Positions 36,175 through 46,108 of a stretch of 64,000 bases of DNA are shown here, one piece after another (within the stretch, counting starts at the first letter, position 1; each line of letters opens with the position of its first letter). The notes under the pieces were generated by a model. The model was not told the DNA's origin, did no database searches, and was given only the letters and a program-made list of their open reading frames with translations. The translations under genes were made by a program, and so were the position numbers. The stretch is from assembly GCA_964400745.1 (NCBI GenBank), contig CAYNVY010000001.1, positions 13,560 through 77,559 of the forward strand, read 5' to 3'. Source of the DNA: an uncultured Enterobacteriaceae bacterium. Lineage in GTDB: Bacteria; Pseudomonadota; Gammaproteobacteria; Burkholderiales; SG8-39.

Positions 36175-38031
36175 ATGACCTTCGCGACTCTGGTTCTGCG
36201 CTGGCTGTTTGTAGCATCTTCGGTGCTCGCTATCTCGGTTTCCCATGCGGCCGACAACACTGCGCCTGATTCAGCATTCCCCATAGTAATTTACACCGAC
36301 ATTGTTTCGGGGCCGAATAGCGGCGGCGAGAACGACAAGGGCATTTATCTGTCGGTGTTCGGCAAGAACCTGGGCAGTTCCGGGCTTGGGACGACAACGA
36401 AGGTTTATATCGGTGATGTCGAGGTGGACAATTACCGTTACCTCAGCGTGGCCAAGGGCAGGCCCGACATCCAGCAAATCTCCGTACAGGTCGGGACTTT
36501 GGGCAATCCGGAAGAGGGTGCGCCGCTGGCGATCAAGGTTGTGGTCGATGGAAGAGTTGCGCATGACCCCAACCGGATCACCTTCACGGTCAATCCGGGA
36601 AAAATATATTTCGTGGACAACGTCCGCGGTGTCGATACGAACGATATCGTATCCGGAGGCAGTTTCGCCGCTCCGTTCAGGACGGTGCAGAAATCGGCAG
36701 GTGCGACCTTGCGTTTTGCAATTCAACCTGCATCCTTATCCGGCGCATGGGGACGCGTACAGGCAGGGGATTTCATGGTAATGCGCGGTACCGGGACACC
36801 CTATACAAGGCAAGGGTGGGGCAACTATTTCCTGATGGCGTTGAACAAGTCCGGCTCTGCGCCGGGCGTCGTTCCCCAGTGTGCTGGCTGCACGGGCACC
36901 GGTCCGATCACGCTCATGGGTTACCCGGGTGAAGATGTGTTCATCAACGGCTTCTACGAATCCGCGAGAAATAGCGGCACAATATCCTCCGCAGACTCGG
37001 CGCGAGTACAGGAATTCAAGGGGCACTGGATCAACGTTGTCGGCCTTCGCATCGAGGGAGGGAACAACGACGGCGCCATCGACACTCAGGCTGGCGGCAG
37101 CCACTGGCGCGTCGTCAATAACGAGCTGACGGCAGCCACTGCGGTGGGCAATGTCGTCGCGAGGGCTGCCGGGGTCGCCGGACGCGGCAACTGCTGTACC
37201 GCGGGGTTCATGCCCGGGCCGGGTCTCTTGATCCTGGGCAACAATATTCACGATGTGTTCAACGGGCCGGACAATGGGACCAGTCATTTCGAGAATCATG
37301 GCGTATATGTTTTCGGCCTGGGCAAGACCGAGATCGCGTACAACCAAATCGTGAAGATCCGTGGTGGAAACGGCGTTCAAACATTTACAAACGGAACCAA
37401 CAACGATTACTTCGTTGATGACATCGATATCCACCACAATATCATCCAGGATGTTGGCAAGCATGGCATCAATCTGGCTAATGGAACCCGCAACAACATC
37501 AGGATCTGGAACAATGTCATTTATAATGCAGATCGCGCGGGCATTCGACTGAGCACAACTGTTGCGAACAACATTCAGATATACAACAACACCATCTACA
37601 ATACCAACCGCATCAACAATGGCGCCACCGCCGCCATAATGAGCGAGGGAATTCTGGGCGCCTCAGCGATCGATTTCAGAAACAATTTGATCTGGCCGGT
37701 CACCGGGGCTTACGCCAGGATAAATGGTGCGTTTCCTGGAACCGCCACGAACAATCTGTGGTTCGGCGGAGCCGGAACCAATCCTGCCACGGCGTTTTCC
37801 GGCAGCTCACTTAGGACCAACCCCCAGTTCGTTTCCACCACTGTGGCGTCCGAGAATTTCCGCCTTCAAAGGACTAGCCCGGCGATCGATGCCGGAACAA
37901 GTGCGGTGTCGGGGTTGGTGACAAACGATTTCGATATCCAAGCGCCGCGCCCGCATGGCCGCGGGATCGACATCGGCGCCCACGAATTCATCCAGGAACC
38001 CCCGAACGTCGGACGTCAATCGATCCAATAA
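36175..38031 (+). CDS. Secreted IPT/TIG + parallel beta-helix protein, tandem paralogue of the C-terminal 600 aa of the preceding lipoprotein
   Basis: Signal peptide MTFATLVLRWLFVASSVLAISVSHA. The rest aligns along its whole length at roughly 80% aa identity by eye with residues encoded at 34175-35974. Confidence 0.85.
   Translation: MTFATLVLRWLFVASSVLAISVSHAADNTAPDSAFPIVIYTDIVSGPNSGGENDKGIYLSVFGKNLGSSGLGTTTKVYIGDVEVDNYRYLSVAKGRPDIQQISVQVGTLGNPEEGAPLAIKVVVDGRVAHDPNRITFTVNPGKIYFVDNVRGVDTNDIVSGGSFAAPFRTVQKSAGATLRFAIQPASLSGAWGRVQAGDFMVMRGTGTPYTRQGWGNYFLMALNKSGSAPGVVPQCAGCTGTGPITLMGYPGEDVFINGFYESARNSGTISSADSARVQEFKGHWINVVGLRIEGGNNDGAIDTQAGGSHWRVVNNELTAATAVGNVVARAAGVAGRGNCCTAGFMPGPGLLILGNNIHDVFNGPDNGTSHFENHGVYVFGLGKTEIAYNQIVKIRGGNGVQTFTNGTNNDYFVDDIDIHHNIIQDVGKHGINLANGTRNNIRIWNNVIYNADRAGIRLSTTVANNIQIYNNTIYNTNRINNGATAAIMSEGILGASAIDFRNNLIWPVTGAYARINGAFPGTATNNLWFGGAGTNPATAFSGSSLRTNPQFVSTTVASENFRLQRTSPAIDAGTSAVSGLVTNDFDIQAPRPHGRGIDIGAHEFIQEPPNVGRQSIQ
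36277..38031 (+). repeat. Copy 2 of the ~1.8-kb tandem duplication
   Basis: See copy 1. Here the segment forms an independent gene with its own signal peptide. Confidence 0.85.
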
Positions 38032-39193
38032 ACTCGCTGTTTTCGGCGGCGATGGCATCCCAGGTCAGGTGCTTTGCCGTGTCGACGATCCTTGCCCTGT
38101 CCCAGCTACGCGACAAGGCGGCGGCCAGGCAGTCGGCTAGAGCGCTTGAATTTCCGGGTGAAACCAGCAGGCCGTTGACGCCATCCGATACGAGTTCCGG
38201 CACGCCACCCACGCGTGTCGCCACGACCGGGATGCCGCTGGCCAGCGCTTCGACCACGACGTTGGGCGTGCCCTCGTTGTAGCTGGGAAGGCACAACAGG
38301 TCGGCGGCGGCTAGCCCGCGAGACACTTCGCCCTGTGGAATGGCGCCGACGAACCTGACCGTAGAGCTGATACCAGCCACGTTGACGCGACGTTCCAAAT
38401 CCCCTCTGCATATTCCATCGCCTATGATTACCAGCCGATCGTCACCGCCGACCAACTCCCGTTGGCATAGAGTCTTCCAGGCATCGATCAACAAGTCCAC
38501 CCCCTTGATGGGTACCAGGTTGCCGACGAACACGACGATACGTGCGTCCCCCGATACGTTCAGGCTGGCGCGGGACTCGGATGAAGAACGAGGAAAAAAC
38601 AAAGCAGGATCAAACCCTGCGCAGGGTATGTATTTCAGCCTTTTCACGTGTCCTTGGGTGAGGCGGACCACCTTCGCTTCGAGGTCGCGGCTAACGACGA
38701 TGACGCCTTCGGCGCCGGTCAATGCCCAGCGGATTTGCCACCGCAAGGTTCGCCGCGTGGCGTAAACGTTGATATCGCTCCCATGGACAGTGATGACATA
38801 AGGCAATCGCAATGCGCGCGCGGCCAAAGCCACCCCGACGCCATCCGGGTAGCCGAAATGCGCATGCACCAGACAGGATTCGTTTTCACGCTTGAACTGG
38901 CGCAATAATTGAAGTACGCCAAGGCAGTAGCTGAAACCGGAAAAGAAGTCCAGCTTGGGCACCACCAGAAAGCGTGGATGCAGCACATCAATTTCATCGA
39001 CGCGTTCTACACGTCGGATCTGGCTCTGCCTATACCATCGGGGTATGCGGCGTATCGGCGGTGCGTAGGGGACCGGTGAAATCACGCTGATCTGAAAATG
39101 CCGCTGCATTGCGCGCGCGAGATGCTTGATGAATACCGTCCGGTGCTGGTCAGCGGAATTGGGGAAGAACGTCGTTACCTTCAGAATCCGCAT
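37988..39193 (-). CDS. Glycosyltransferase family 4
   Basis: MRILKVTTFFPN... with a GGAGGA SD upstream of ATG 39193; C-terminal ...SYNEGTPNVVVEALASGIPVVATRVGG... (EX7E region). Confidence 0.8.
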   Translation of the reverse strand: MRILKVTTFFPNSADQHRTVFIKHLARAMQRHFQISVISPVPYAPPIRRIPRWYRQSQIRRVERVDEIDVLHPRFLVVPKLDFFSGFSYCLGVLQLLRQFKRENESCLVHAHFGYPDGVGVALAARALRLPYVITVHGSDINVYATRRTLRWQIRWALTGAEGVIVVSRDLEAKVVRLTQGHVKRLKYIPCAGFDPALFFPRSSSESRASLNVSGDARIVVFVGNLVPIKGVDLLIDAWKTLCQRELVGGDDRLVIIGDGICRGDLERRVNVAGISSTVRFVGAIPQGEVSRGLAAADLLCLPSYNEGTPNVVVEALASGIPVVATRVGGVPELVSDGVNGLLVSPGNSSALADCLAAALSRSWDRARIVDTAKHLTWDAIAAENSEFIGSIDVRRSGVPG

Positions 39194-39441
39194 AATCTCC
39201 TCCATGCCGATGCTGGTTGCGGCAAGACAACGAGCACTGAGCTGCAGCCTGAGGCTCAGGCCGGGCGCGCGCGTAGTACGTCACAATGTACCCTCGCGCT
39301 ACGCACACTCCCGTCTTCGCACATCGCCCGCCAAGTCGGTTGCTGCGTCACTGTCTTCTGCGATGCTGCGAAGCAAGCGCAGTTCGAGTGTGGCGGCACC
39401 GCGACCGGCCGCAAAACGGGCAATGCCGACTGTCAGGAGGC

Positions 39442-40560
39442 TCATCGATGGCGGCCGAAACGAGCAAAAGTTGATTGATATAACTGTTCGTAACGGGCAA
39501 TCATGGCTTCCATCGAGAACTCACTGAGCATGCGCTCGCGGGCCGCCCTTCCCAAACTCGCGCGCAAAACAGCGTCCGCAAACATCTTCTGCAACTTGTC
39601 GCGCAGTCCCGCTTCGTCGCCGCTCTCAAACAGCAGACCGTCGACTCGGTCCCGGACCACTTCCGGGTTGCCGCCGACATTGCTCGCCACAACGGCTACG
39701 CCGGCAGCCATTGCTTCCAGCAGGGTATTGGAGATACCTTCGCTGACAGAGGGAAGAACAAAGATATCCATTGCCGGCAGTAGTTCGGCTACGTCCTCGC
39801 GGTGTCCCAAAAAACGCACGCGCGCGGCGATCCCAAGCTCCCGCGCTATCGCCTCAAGTGCTGGCCGCTCCGGACCATCACCTATCAAGACGACGACGAT
39901 TCTATCTGTCGATAACGAACTCACGGCGCGTAGCAACAGCGGAAAATTCTTGACCGTCACCAAACGTCCCACACTACCGACCACAACATCGCCTGGAGCA
40001 ACGCCCCAGGTGGCTCGGTCTCGAGTTCGATTCCCTGGGACGAAATGACTCGCGTCCACGCCGTTATGGATCATTTCCAGTCGCCCGGCCGGGATCCCAA
40101 GTCTTGCCACCAGTTCCTGCTTCAGGGCTTCCGATACCGAGAAAATTGCATCTGTTCGCTTCGAAAACATTCGCTGCACCCAAAGGCGAAGCGGCCGGTC
40201 GTTAAAATTTCGGCCGTGCTCGCTATGGATCACCGCAGGCACGGCGGCGATCTTGGCCCCGAGAAATCCGTAAAAAAACGCCTCGGCATTTCGAGTATGG
40301 ACGACGTCTGTTCTTGTTTGACGAAAGAGCTGTGCCAATCTCCACACCAAACCAAGATCATTTCCGCCGGGCCAGCCCATTTGATGGACAATGACATCGC
40401 TTTCCAGTCGAGCCGCAAATTCGCCTGCCTGCTTCAGGCAGCATACCGATGACCGAAACCGCTCTGGATTCAATCTGTTCACGACGTTGACAACGCCATT
40501 CTCCAACCCGCCTGGTTGCAGGCTGAGCACAACGTGCTGAATATGAATTATTGACTGCAT
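39442..40560 (-). CDS. Glycosyltransferase family 4 (PEP-CTERM/exosortase-system-associated sugar transferase type)
   Basis: MQSIIHIQHVVLSLQPGGLENGVVNVVNRL... and ...SVSEGISNTLLEAMAAGVAVVASNVGG.... Confidence 0.8.
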   Translation of the reverse strand: MQSIIHIQHVVLSLQPGGLENGVVNVVNRLNPERFRSSVCCLKQAGEFAARLESDVIVHQMGWPGGNDLGLVWRLAQLFRQTRTDVVHTRNAEAFFYGFLGAKIAAVPAVIHSEHGRNFNDRPLRLWVQRMFSKRTDAIFSVSEALKQELVARLGIPAGRLEMIHNGVDASHFVPGNRTRDRATWGVAPGDVVVGSVGRLVTVKNFPLLLRAVSSLSTDRIVVVLIGDGPERPALEAIARELGIAARVRFLGHREDVAELLPAMDIFVLPSVSEGISNTLLEAMAAGVAVVASNVGGNPEVVRDRVDGLLFESGDEAGLRDKLQKMFADAVLRASLGRAARERMLSEFSMEAMIARYEQLYQSTFARFGRHR

Positions 40561-40720
40561 AACCGACCTAACGTCCCATTCCGCGGCGCCTCCGAGACCG
40601 GCAGCAATCGGCCCAAGACTCTCAGTGTGACGAATCGCTCCGCGCGCCTAACGAAGTTCGCGAAACTCAGATGCCGAGCCAAGTCTGACAACGATGTCAC
40701 CTGAAAACGCATGGGAAACT

Positions 40721-41917
40721 TCATGCGACACGAGTGTTGCGACAAATTCTTGTCTGCAATATATTCTCGAACAGTTTGAGCTCAAGATCCACAATTTCAC
40801 CCCATCCGAACTGCATTGCGTGAGCGCGAACCTGCTCTCGGTCCGGTGTAGCAATTTGAAGGCGCCTAACGGCTGCTACTATTGCTTCGGAGGTTCGTGC
40901 GTCAACGACTATTCCAGCATTCTTGGCTGTAATGATCTCCGGTACTCCCCCTACTCTGGTGGCAACGACCGGGGTCCCACACGCCATCGCCTCCAGCAGG
41001 ACATTGGGCCATCCCTCGCGACTCGAGGCGAGTACGAAGATGTCTGCGGCGCTGTAGTATGCAGGCAACTCGCTGTGCGGGATGGTTCCCAGCAGGTGAA
41101 CGCGATCCGACAAATTCAGGCGATCCACCAGATCCTGGAGTTTGGCCTTTGCGGGACCTGCGCCGATTATTATCAATTGTAGATCTTGCAGTTCCTTCAT
41201 GGCTCTTATCACCAGATCATGGCCTTTGAGCTCTACCAGATTGCCCACAGACAGCAGGGTTGTACGCGTCAAAGCGAGGCGCCGGCGCGTTTCGTCTCGC
41301 AGAGTGGGCCTGAAGTGTTCCAGATCGACGCCGTTGCGGAGAAAAGTCACTCGCTCCATTGGGGCGCCAAGGGCAATGGCGCGCACTTTAAGGGCATTGC
41401 TGACCGTAATGGTCCAGTCGCTTTGGGAAAGCGCCCAACGAATCATATGGCCAATGACTGGAAGTTCAGCATGGCGATTCAGATCCGAACCCCTACCCGT
41501 GACAACGACCGGCTTGGAGAACCGCCGACCCAGCATGACAGCTACTACGCCGTCAGGGTAGAAGAAGTGGGCATTGATGAGATCAAAACGATAACCCTTC
41601 TGCTGAAGTCTCAAAATGTGGCGGGAAATGCTCATGTACATGAGAATCGGAGCAATCGGAAAACCCAGCTTTGGGATTACCAAGTAACGAGGGTAATCTA
41701 TTGTGAACGGGCCGAGATTCTCAATTGGTGGTATCTGAGTCCTGTGTCCGCCTTGGTTTGAGTAAATCGAGTCGAACGGATGCCAAGCGACCGGAGCGAT
41801 AACCCGAATATGTGCGATTCCAGATTGAGCCAGCCGCCGCACGCGGTTCGCGATGAAAATGCCGTAGTTGGGCTGTTGGCTATTTGGAAAAACATGGCTC
41901 AAAGTGAGGATATTCAC
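40721..41917 (-). CDS. Glycosyltransferase family 4
   Basis: GTG start (M)NILTLSHVFPN...; ...SSREGWPNVLLEAMACGTPVVATRVGG.... Lower GC. Confidence 0.8.
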   Translation of the reverse strand: MNILTLSHVFPNSQQPNYGIFIANRVRRLAQSGIAHIRVIAPVAWHPFDSIYSNQGGHRTQIPPIENLGPFTIDYPRYLVIPKLGFPIAPILMYMSISRHILRLQQKGYRFDLINAHFFYPDGVVAVMLGRRFSKPVVVTGRGSDLNRHAELPVIGHMIRWALSQSDWTITVSNALKVRAIALGAPMERVTFLRNGVDLEHFRPTLRDETRRRLALTRTTLLSVGNLVELKGHDLVIRAMKELQDLQLIIIGAGPAKAKLQDLVDRLNLSDRVHLLGTIPHSELPAYYSAADIFVLASSREGWPNVLLEAMACGTPVVATRVGGVPEIITAKNAGIVVDARTSEAIVAAVRRLQIATPDREQVRAHAMQFGWGEIVDLELKLFENILQTRICRNTRVA

Positions 41918-42313
41918 AGTTTAGGGTTTCGAAATATGCGGCCAGCGGCTCGAAACTCCTACCATCGCTCGGATGGTAGAAATCTGGCGGGTTTCAAGGC
42001 TTGAAATAGCACACGGTCTTTGCAGAGACTTATGGTTAGTGTAACAACTATTGAAATCCGTGACCGTCACTCGAGCGCCTTCCCTAACGATAAAGAAGCG
42101 GCTGTGAACGGACTCTTCCGCCGGTGTTCTGTTCAATCAATTCGCGACACCGATGCTGGTTGCAGCTTAAAAATGACATCGGACCTCTCGCTAATTGAAG
42201 ATCCAGGACAATGCACGCTTGCGGTACGAATGTGCACTGCAGCCGTTCCTGCGATCCGACGCCCATTCCGAAACGCGACTGCAAGCTCATGGCGTTGGCT
42301 CACCGACACCTCA

Positions 42314-43117
42314 TTACTTTGCAAGCTTGCGCAGGGTTACCGCCATATTCGGCATGCACAATCCTGTGCTCACACCCAGCGCCTGTGCCACCATATTCAA
42401 GCCACGATACACAATGTTGCGCAGTTTGCCGCCGCCCATTGCCACACGGGCGCGCAGGTATGCGAGCCCCCGATCATTCCGATCAACACTCGTGTAATGC
42501 GCTCCGAAACCATAACGCACGCGCCACGGGGTGACGCCGCGCACGATGGTCGATGACTTGAACCAGGACTCGGGAAGGTATTGAACGAACCAACGCCGGC
42601 TATGGACCTCGCGAGGCCACAGCCGGTTACTGGTGCCCGAGACAGCAATCACTCCTCCAATCCTTAGTACACGATCGATTTCGCGTTGCACTGCATCCAG
42701 GATCGGTGAAGGAACATACTCGAGCACGCTAATGCAGGTAACGACGTCGAATGATTCGTCGGTGAATGGCATGCGCGAAGTATCTGACACACAGTGGAAT
42801 TGGATTGCATCTGCGACACCGTATCGCCGGGCATTCAACCGCGCGACCTCCAGGTAAGCCGGATTGACATCGACCGCAGTGACCTTGGCGCCCAACAATG
42901 CCAATACCACCGACGAGGCGCCGAAGTTGCATCCGAACTCGAGCACGTTCTGCCCGCCGATTGGCTCCGGCAAAGACTGGAACACGTACCGACTGTGGTT
43001 CCATTGATAGTCAACGTACCCGGAGACCCATGGATTGTCCGGATTGAGTCCAGCCCGTTGCGCCGCCTTACGAAAAAGCGCGTCCGCCTCGGCGTCGACA
43101 ATTGGAACGCGATCCAC
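42314..43117 (-). CDS. Class I SAM-dependent methyltransferase
   Basis: Motif I VLEFGCNFGASSVVLALLG, post-I VTAVDVN, and motif II/III FDVVTCISVLEYV. GTG start. Confidence 0.75.
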   Translation of the reverse strand: MDRVPIVDAEADALFRKAAQRAGLNPDNPWVSGYVDYQWNHSRYVFQSLPEPIGGQNVLEFGCNFGASSVVLALLGAKVTAVDVNPAYLEVARLNARRYGVADAIQFHCVSDTSRMPFTDESFDVVTCISVLEYVPSPILDAVQREIDRVLRIGGVIAVSGTSNRLWPREVHSRRWFVQYLPESWFKSSTIVRGVTPWRVRYGFGAHYTSVDRNDRGLAYLRARVAMGGGKLRNIVYRGLNMVAQALGVSTGLCMPNMAVTLRKLAK

Positions 43118-43307
43118 CTGTTAGCTCGCCCTATCGATACCACCATGCGCGGCTTGCGGCGCGGCGGCAGGAATTGCTGACTTGTCGCTAGTCACGCATC
43201 TAAATGGCATAGAAGTTCCTTCCCTTTTTCTTGCCAAAGTTCTGGCGAGAGGCAAAGCGCATTGTATGCCTGTTCAGGATATCGGCAGTACAAAACACCG
43301 TACTGCT

Positions 43308-44456
43308 CTACTCAAGCAAACGTGCAAGGATGCGAGTCGCGGTGTGCCCGTCCCACAGCGGGGGGCGCGACGGGCTGCGCCGGATGGAAAGCGCGCGATC
43401 GAACGCCTCTTTGATGCGCTCAGGATCAGTACCCACCAGGAAGTTTGTGCCCCCATGTTCTGCCAGCGTGGCCGGCCGCTCAGTGTTGACTCGCAAGGTT
43501 AGGCATGGCGTTCCCAAGACGCAACACTCCTCCTGTATCCCTCCGCTGTCTGTCAGGAACAGCCGCGCCGACATGGTGAGGGTCAGTAGATCAATGTATC
43601 CGAGAGGCTCTACGATCAAGACCCCGCTACTCGAGACAAGGCGAGACCACAGTCCGAACTCTTTGAGCCGCCCCATCGTTCGCGGATGCACGGGAAACAC
43701 GATGGGCAGGCGTTCAGCGAGTTGGCGAATTAGCTCCACATTCTGTGAAAGCGTTGCTAGTTCGTCCACGTTGGAGGGGCGGTGGAGCGTCAGGACGCCG
43801 AAGCCATCCGGCACAAGCGGCAAGTGTGGGAACGATTGCATGTCCGAGGGACGATTCGCGCGCAGGATCTCCTGCCGATCGCGAGATGCAGCCTTCGCCC
43901 GGTGCGCCTCGAGGGTGTCGATCATGATGTTTCCGACCAATGCGACGCGCTCGGGGGCAACCGCCTCCAGTGCGAGATTTGCGTTAGCAAACTTGCAGGT
44001 CGTAAACAGCAAGTCGGAAACCCGATCGGTTACCACGCGGTTGATTTCTTCTGGCATAGACCAGTCGTTGGACCGCAATCCCGCCTCGATGTGTACCACG
44101 CGAAATTGATGTTTCTTGGCCGTTAGGGAACAGGCACAGGCCGCATTGACGTCGCCCACCACGATCACCCAGTCCGGTTGTTCCTTGAGCAGTACTTTCT
44201 CGAACCCGATCATGGTCATGCCGACCTGGTAGGCATGAGAGCCGGAGCCCACGTCCAGGTGATAGTCCGGATCAGGAATACCGAGCTCCTCGAAGAACCG
44301 GCTGGACAAGGTCGGGTCGTAGTGCTGCCCGCTGTGGACCAGTACATGCTGCACGGGCGCGCCGGGACTCTGCCGATTATGCGTTGCCACTGCGGCGGCC
44401 AAGGGCGCTATCTTCATGAAATTCGGTCGCGCCCCGACGATTGACAACAGCTTCAT
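43308..44456 (-). CDS. wecB: UDP-N-acetylglucosamine 2-epimerase (non-hydrolysing)
   Basis: MKLLSIVGARPNFMKIAPLAAAV..., ...VHSGQHYD..., ...VVGDVNAA..., ...TDSGGIQEE.... Confidence 0.85.
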   Translation of the reverse strand: MKLLSIVGARPNFMKIAPLAAAVATHNRQSPGAPVQHVLVHSGQHYDPTLSSRFFEELGIPDPDYHLDVGSGSHAYQVGMTMIGFEKVLLKEQPDWVIVVGDVNAACACSLTAKKHQFRVVHIEAGLRSNDWSMPEEINRVVTDRVSDLLFTTCKFANANLALEAVAPERVALVGNIMIDTLEAHRAKAASRDRQEILRANRPSDMQSFPHLPLVPDGFGVLTLHRPSNVDELATLSQNVELIRQLAERLPIVFPVHPRTMGRLKEFGLWSRLVSSSGVLIVEPLGYIDLLTLTMSARLFLTDSGGIQEECCVLGTPCLTLRVNTERPATLAEHGGTNFLVGTDPERIKEAFDRALSIRRSPSRPPLWDGHTATRILARLLE

Positions 44457-44532
44457 CGCGCGAACCCCGTTGGGCAGTTCCGTGCCGATTCGACATTAAT
44501 CAAGAAGCTTGGCATTGGATACAATTCCTGTA

Positions 44533-45771
44533 TCAGGCGCGTGAATGCGCCGTTGCGCGATCGTACGCCGCGTCGTAATTCTTGGCCATGTGACGCCATT
44601 GACGGTGGCTAACGACGAACTCCCTGGCATTCGCGCCCATTTGAGCCGCATCGATCTGCCCGGACAGCAGGGCCTCGAGCTTTTCAACCAGCGCTGGCAG
44701 CGAACCCGCGGAAAACAACAGGCCAGTCTCGCCATCGCGGACCAGTTCACGAATGCCGCCCACGCTACTGCCGATCACGCATCGTCCCATTGCCATCGGT
44801 TCGAGCGGCTTCAACGGTGAAATCATATCCGTAAGCTTGCTAGGATAGCGCGGGTACACCAGAACATCCATGGCAGCATAGAAGTCGGGCACCTGGGCAT
44901 GCGGAACGCTGCCGACCACCCAGGCGCTGCGCGCCAAGTCCAGATCGGCGACCATCTGCTCGACCTTGGATCGATCTTCCCCGTCCCCGACGAGAACCAG
45001 ACGCGCGCCCGGATATCGGGACCGCAATTCCGCGAAAGCTTGCACCAGCATCGGCAAACCCTCGAAAGAAAAGAAACTGCCCAGAAAGCCGATGACGAAA
45101 TCACCTCCTCGCAGGCAGTTCTCGCGCAATTCCGCCGGCGGCCGGCGCGGGACAAAGGCACTAGTGTCGGCGCCGTTACCAACGACGAACACGCGATCGG
45201 CGGAGGCGCCGAGTTCCACGGTGTTGACCTTGAGCGCTTCGGTTATCGTGCAGACGGAATCGGCCCTCACGGTAACCCAGCGGTCCAATGCACGGGCAAG
45301 CTGGTACCAGGGCCAGCGGCCACTGGCCTTGCCCCGTGCACGGGCGCTTTCTTCCCAGAGATTGCGCTTTTCGTACACGAACGGCAGGCGCCGTTTGCGC
45401 GCCTCCAGCAAGGCGGCGCGTGCCACCGTGAATGGCGTGTGAGCATGTACGATATCGAAGCGGCTTTCGGCAAGAAGCGACGACAGCCCGCGTGCGATCG
45501 CCCGACCAAACACCAGGTGCTTGGCGCCGCGCTCCACCATTTTCTTTTCCCACCAATTGTACTCGGTGCGGCGGTAGGACACGCCTGAGGCTAGGAGCGC
45601 CTCGGCGCCGGCGCCTTGGCTGGGGCTGGTAAGAACTATGACCTCATGCCCCGCTGCCGCTTGCGCTTCCAAGAGGTACTTTGCCCGGATCGAATATCCG
45701 TCGGACTTGGGCAGGGAATGATCCATGACGTGGACGATGCGCAAACCAGACCCCGTTTCTATCGCTAACAT
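44533..45771 (-). CDS. Glycosyltransferase family 4, PEP-CTERM/exosortase-A-associated (Daro_2409-like) type
   Basis: MLAIETGSGLRIVHVMDHSLPKSDGYSIRAKYLLEAQAAAGHEVIVLTSP... matches the characteristic N-terminus of that subfamily; C-terminal GT-B domain. Confidence 0.75.
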   Translation of the reverse strand: MLAIETGSGLRIVHVMDHSLPKSDGYSIRAKYLLEAQAAAGHEVIVLTSPSQGAGAEALLASGVSYRRTEYNWWEKKMVERGAKHLVFGRAIARGLSSLLAESRFDIVHAHTPFTVARAALLEARKRRLPFVYEKRNLWEESARARGKASGRWPWYQLARALDRWVTVRADSVCTITEALKVNTVELGASADRVFVVGNGADTSAFVPRRPPAELRENCLRGGDFVIGFLGSFFSFEGLPMLVQAFAELRSRYPGARLVLVGDGEDRSKVEQMVADLDLARSAWVVGSVPHAQVPDFYAAMDVLVYPRYPSKLTDMISPLKPLEPMAMGRCVIGSSVGGIRELVRDGETGLLFSAGSLPALVEKLEALLSGQIDAAQMGANAREFVVSHRQWRHMAKNYDAAYDRATAHSRA

Positions 45772-46108
45772 AACGACTTAGAGTATAGCAGTTCACCAAA
45801 GGCAACACCGATCGAATTCCCGTCTACAGTGCATTCCCGTAGCCAGATTGCTACACTTGCGCATGACCTGCCTACGATTATTCGTTGACTTCCTCGCCCT
45901 CAATGTATGGCTCTACGTCGTTCGGTATCAGTTCCAACATTCTGACGAGACAATCGGTCTGCTATCGGATAGCCGTTCTGGTTATGCGCGATCTCACCAG
46001 TTGACTTGCGAACCGGCGCGTAGGAGTGTTGCCTGATGGAGAGGCTTCAACCCAACGGAGTGCGCGCAATGCGGCCGCATATAACTCGACGACCTTTTGT
46101 GTAGCTCA

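Noticed and set aside
31877-38031. Possibility that the giant lipoprotein and its paralogue are exosortase (PEP-CTERM) cargo.
   Set aside because: Neither ends in a VPEP-TM-basic tail; they end DIGAYER and ...NVGRQSIQ. Lipobox and Sec signals explain their export.
37988-38031. 44-nt overlap between the 3' ends of the convergent beta-helix paralogue and the GT4 gene.
   Set aside because: It is real in the sequence but unremarkable. The paralogue simply reads 13 codons past the conserved DIGAHE end before reaching a stop, and there is no evidence of a functional antisense arrangement.
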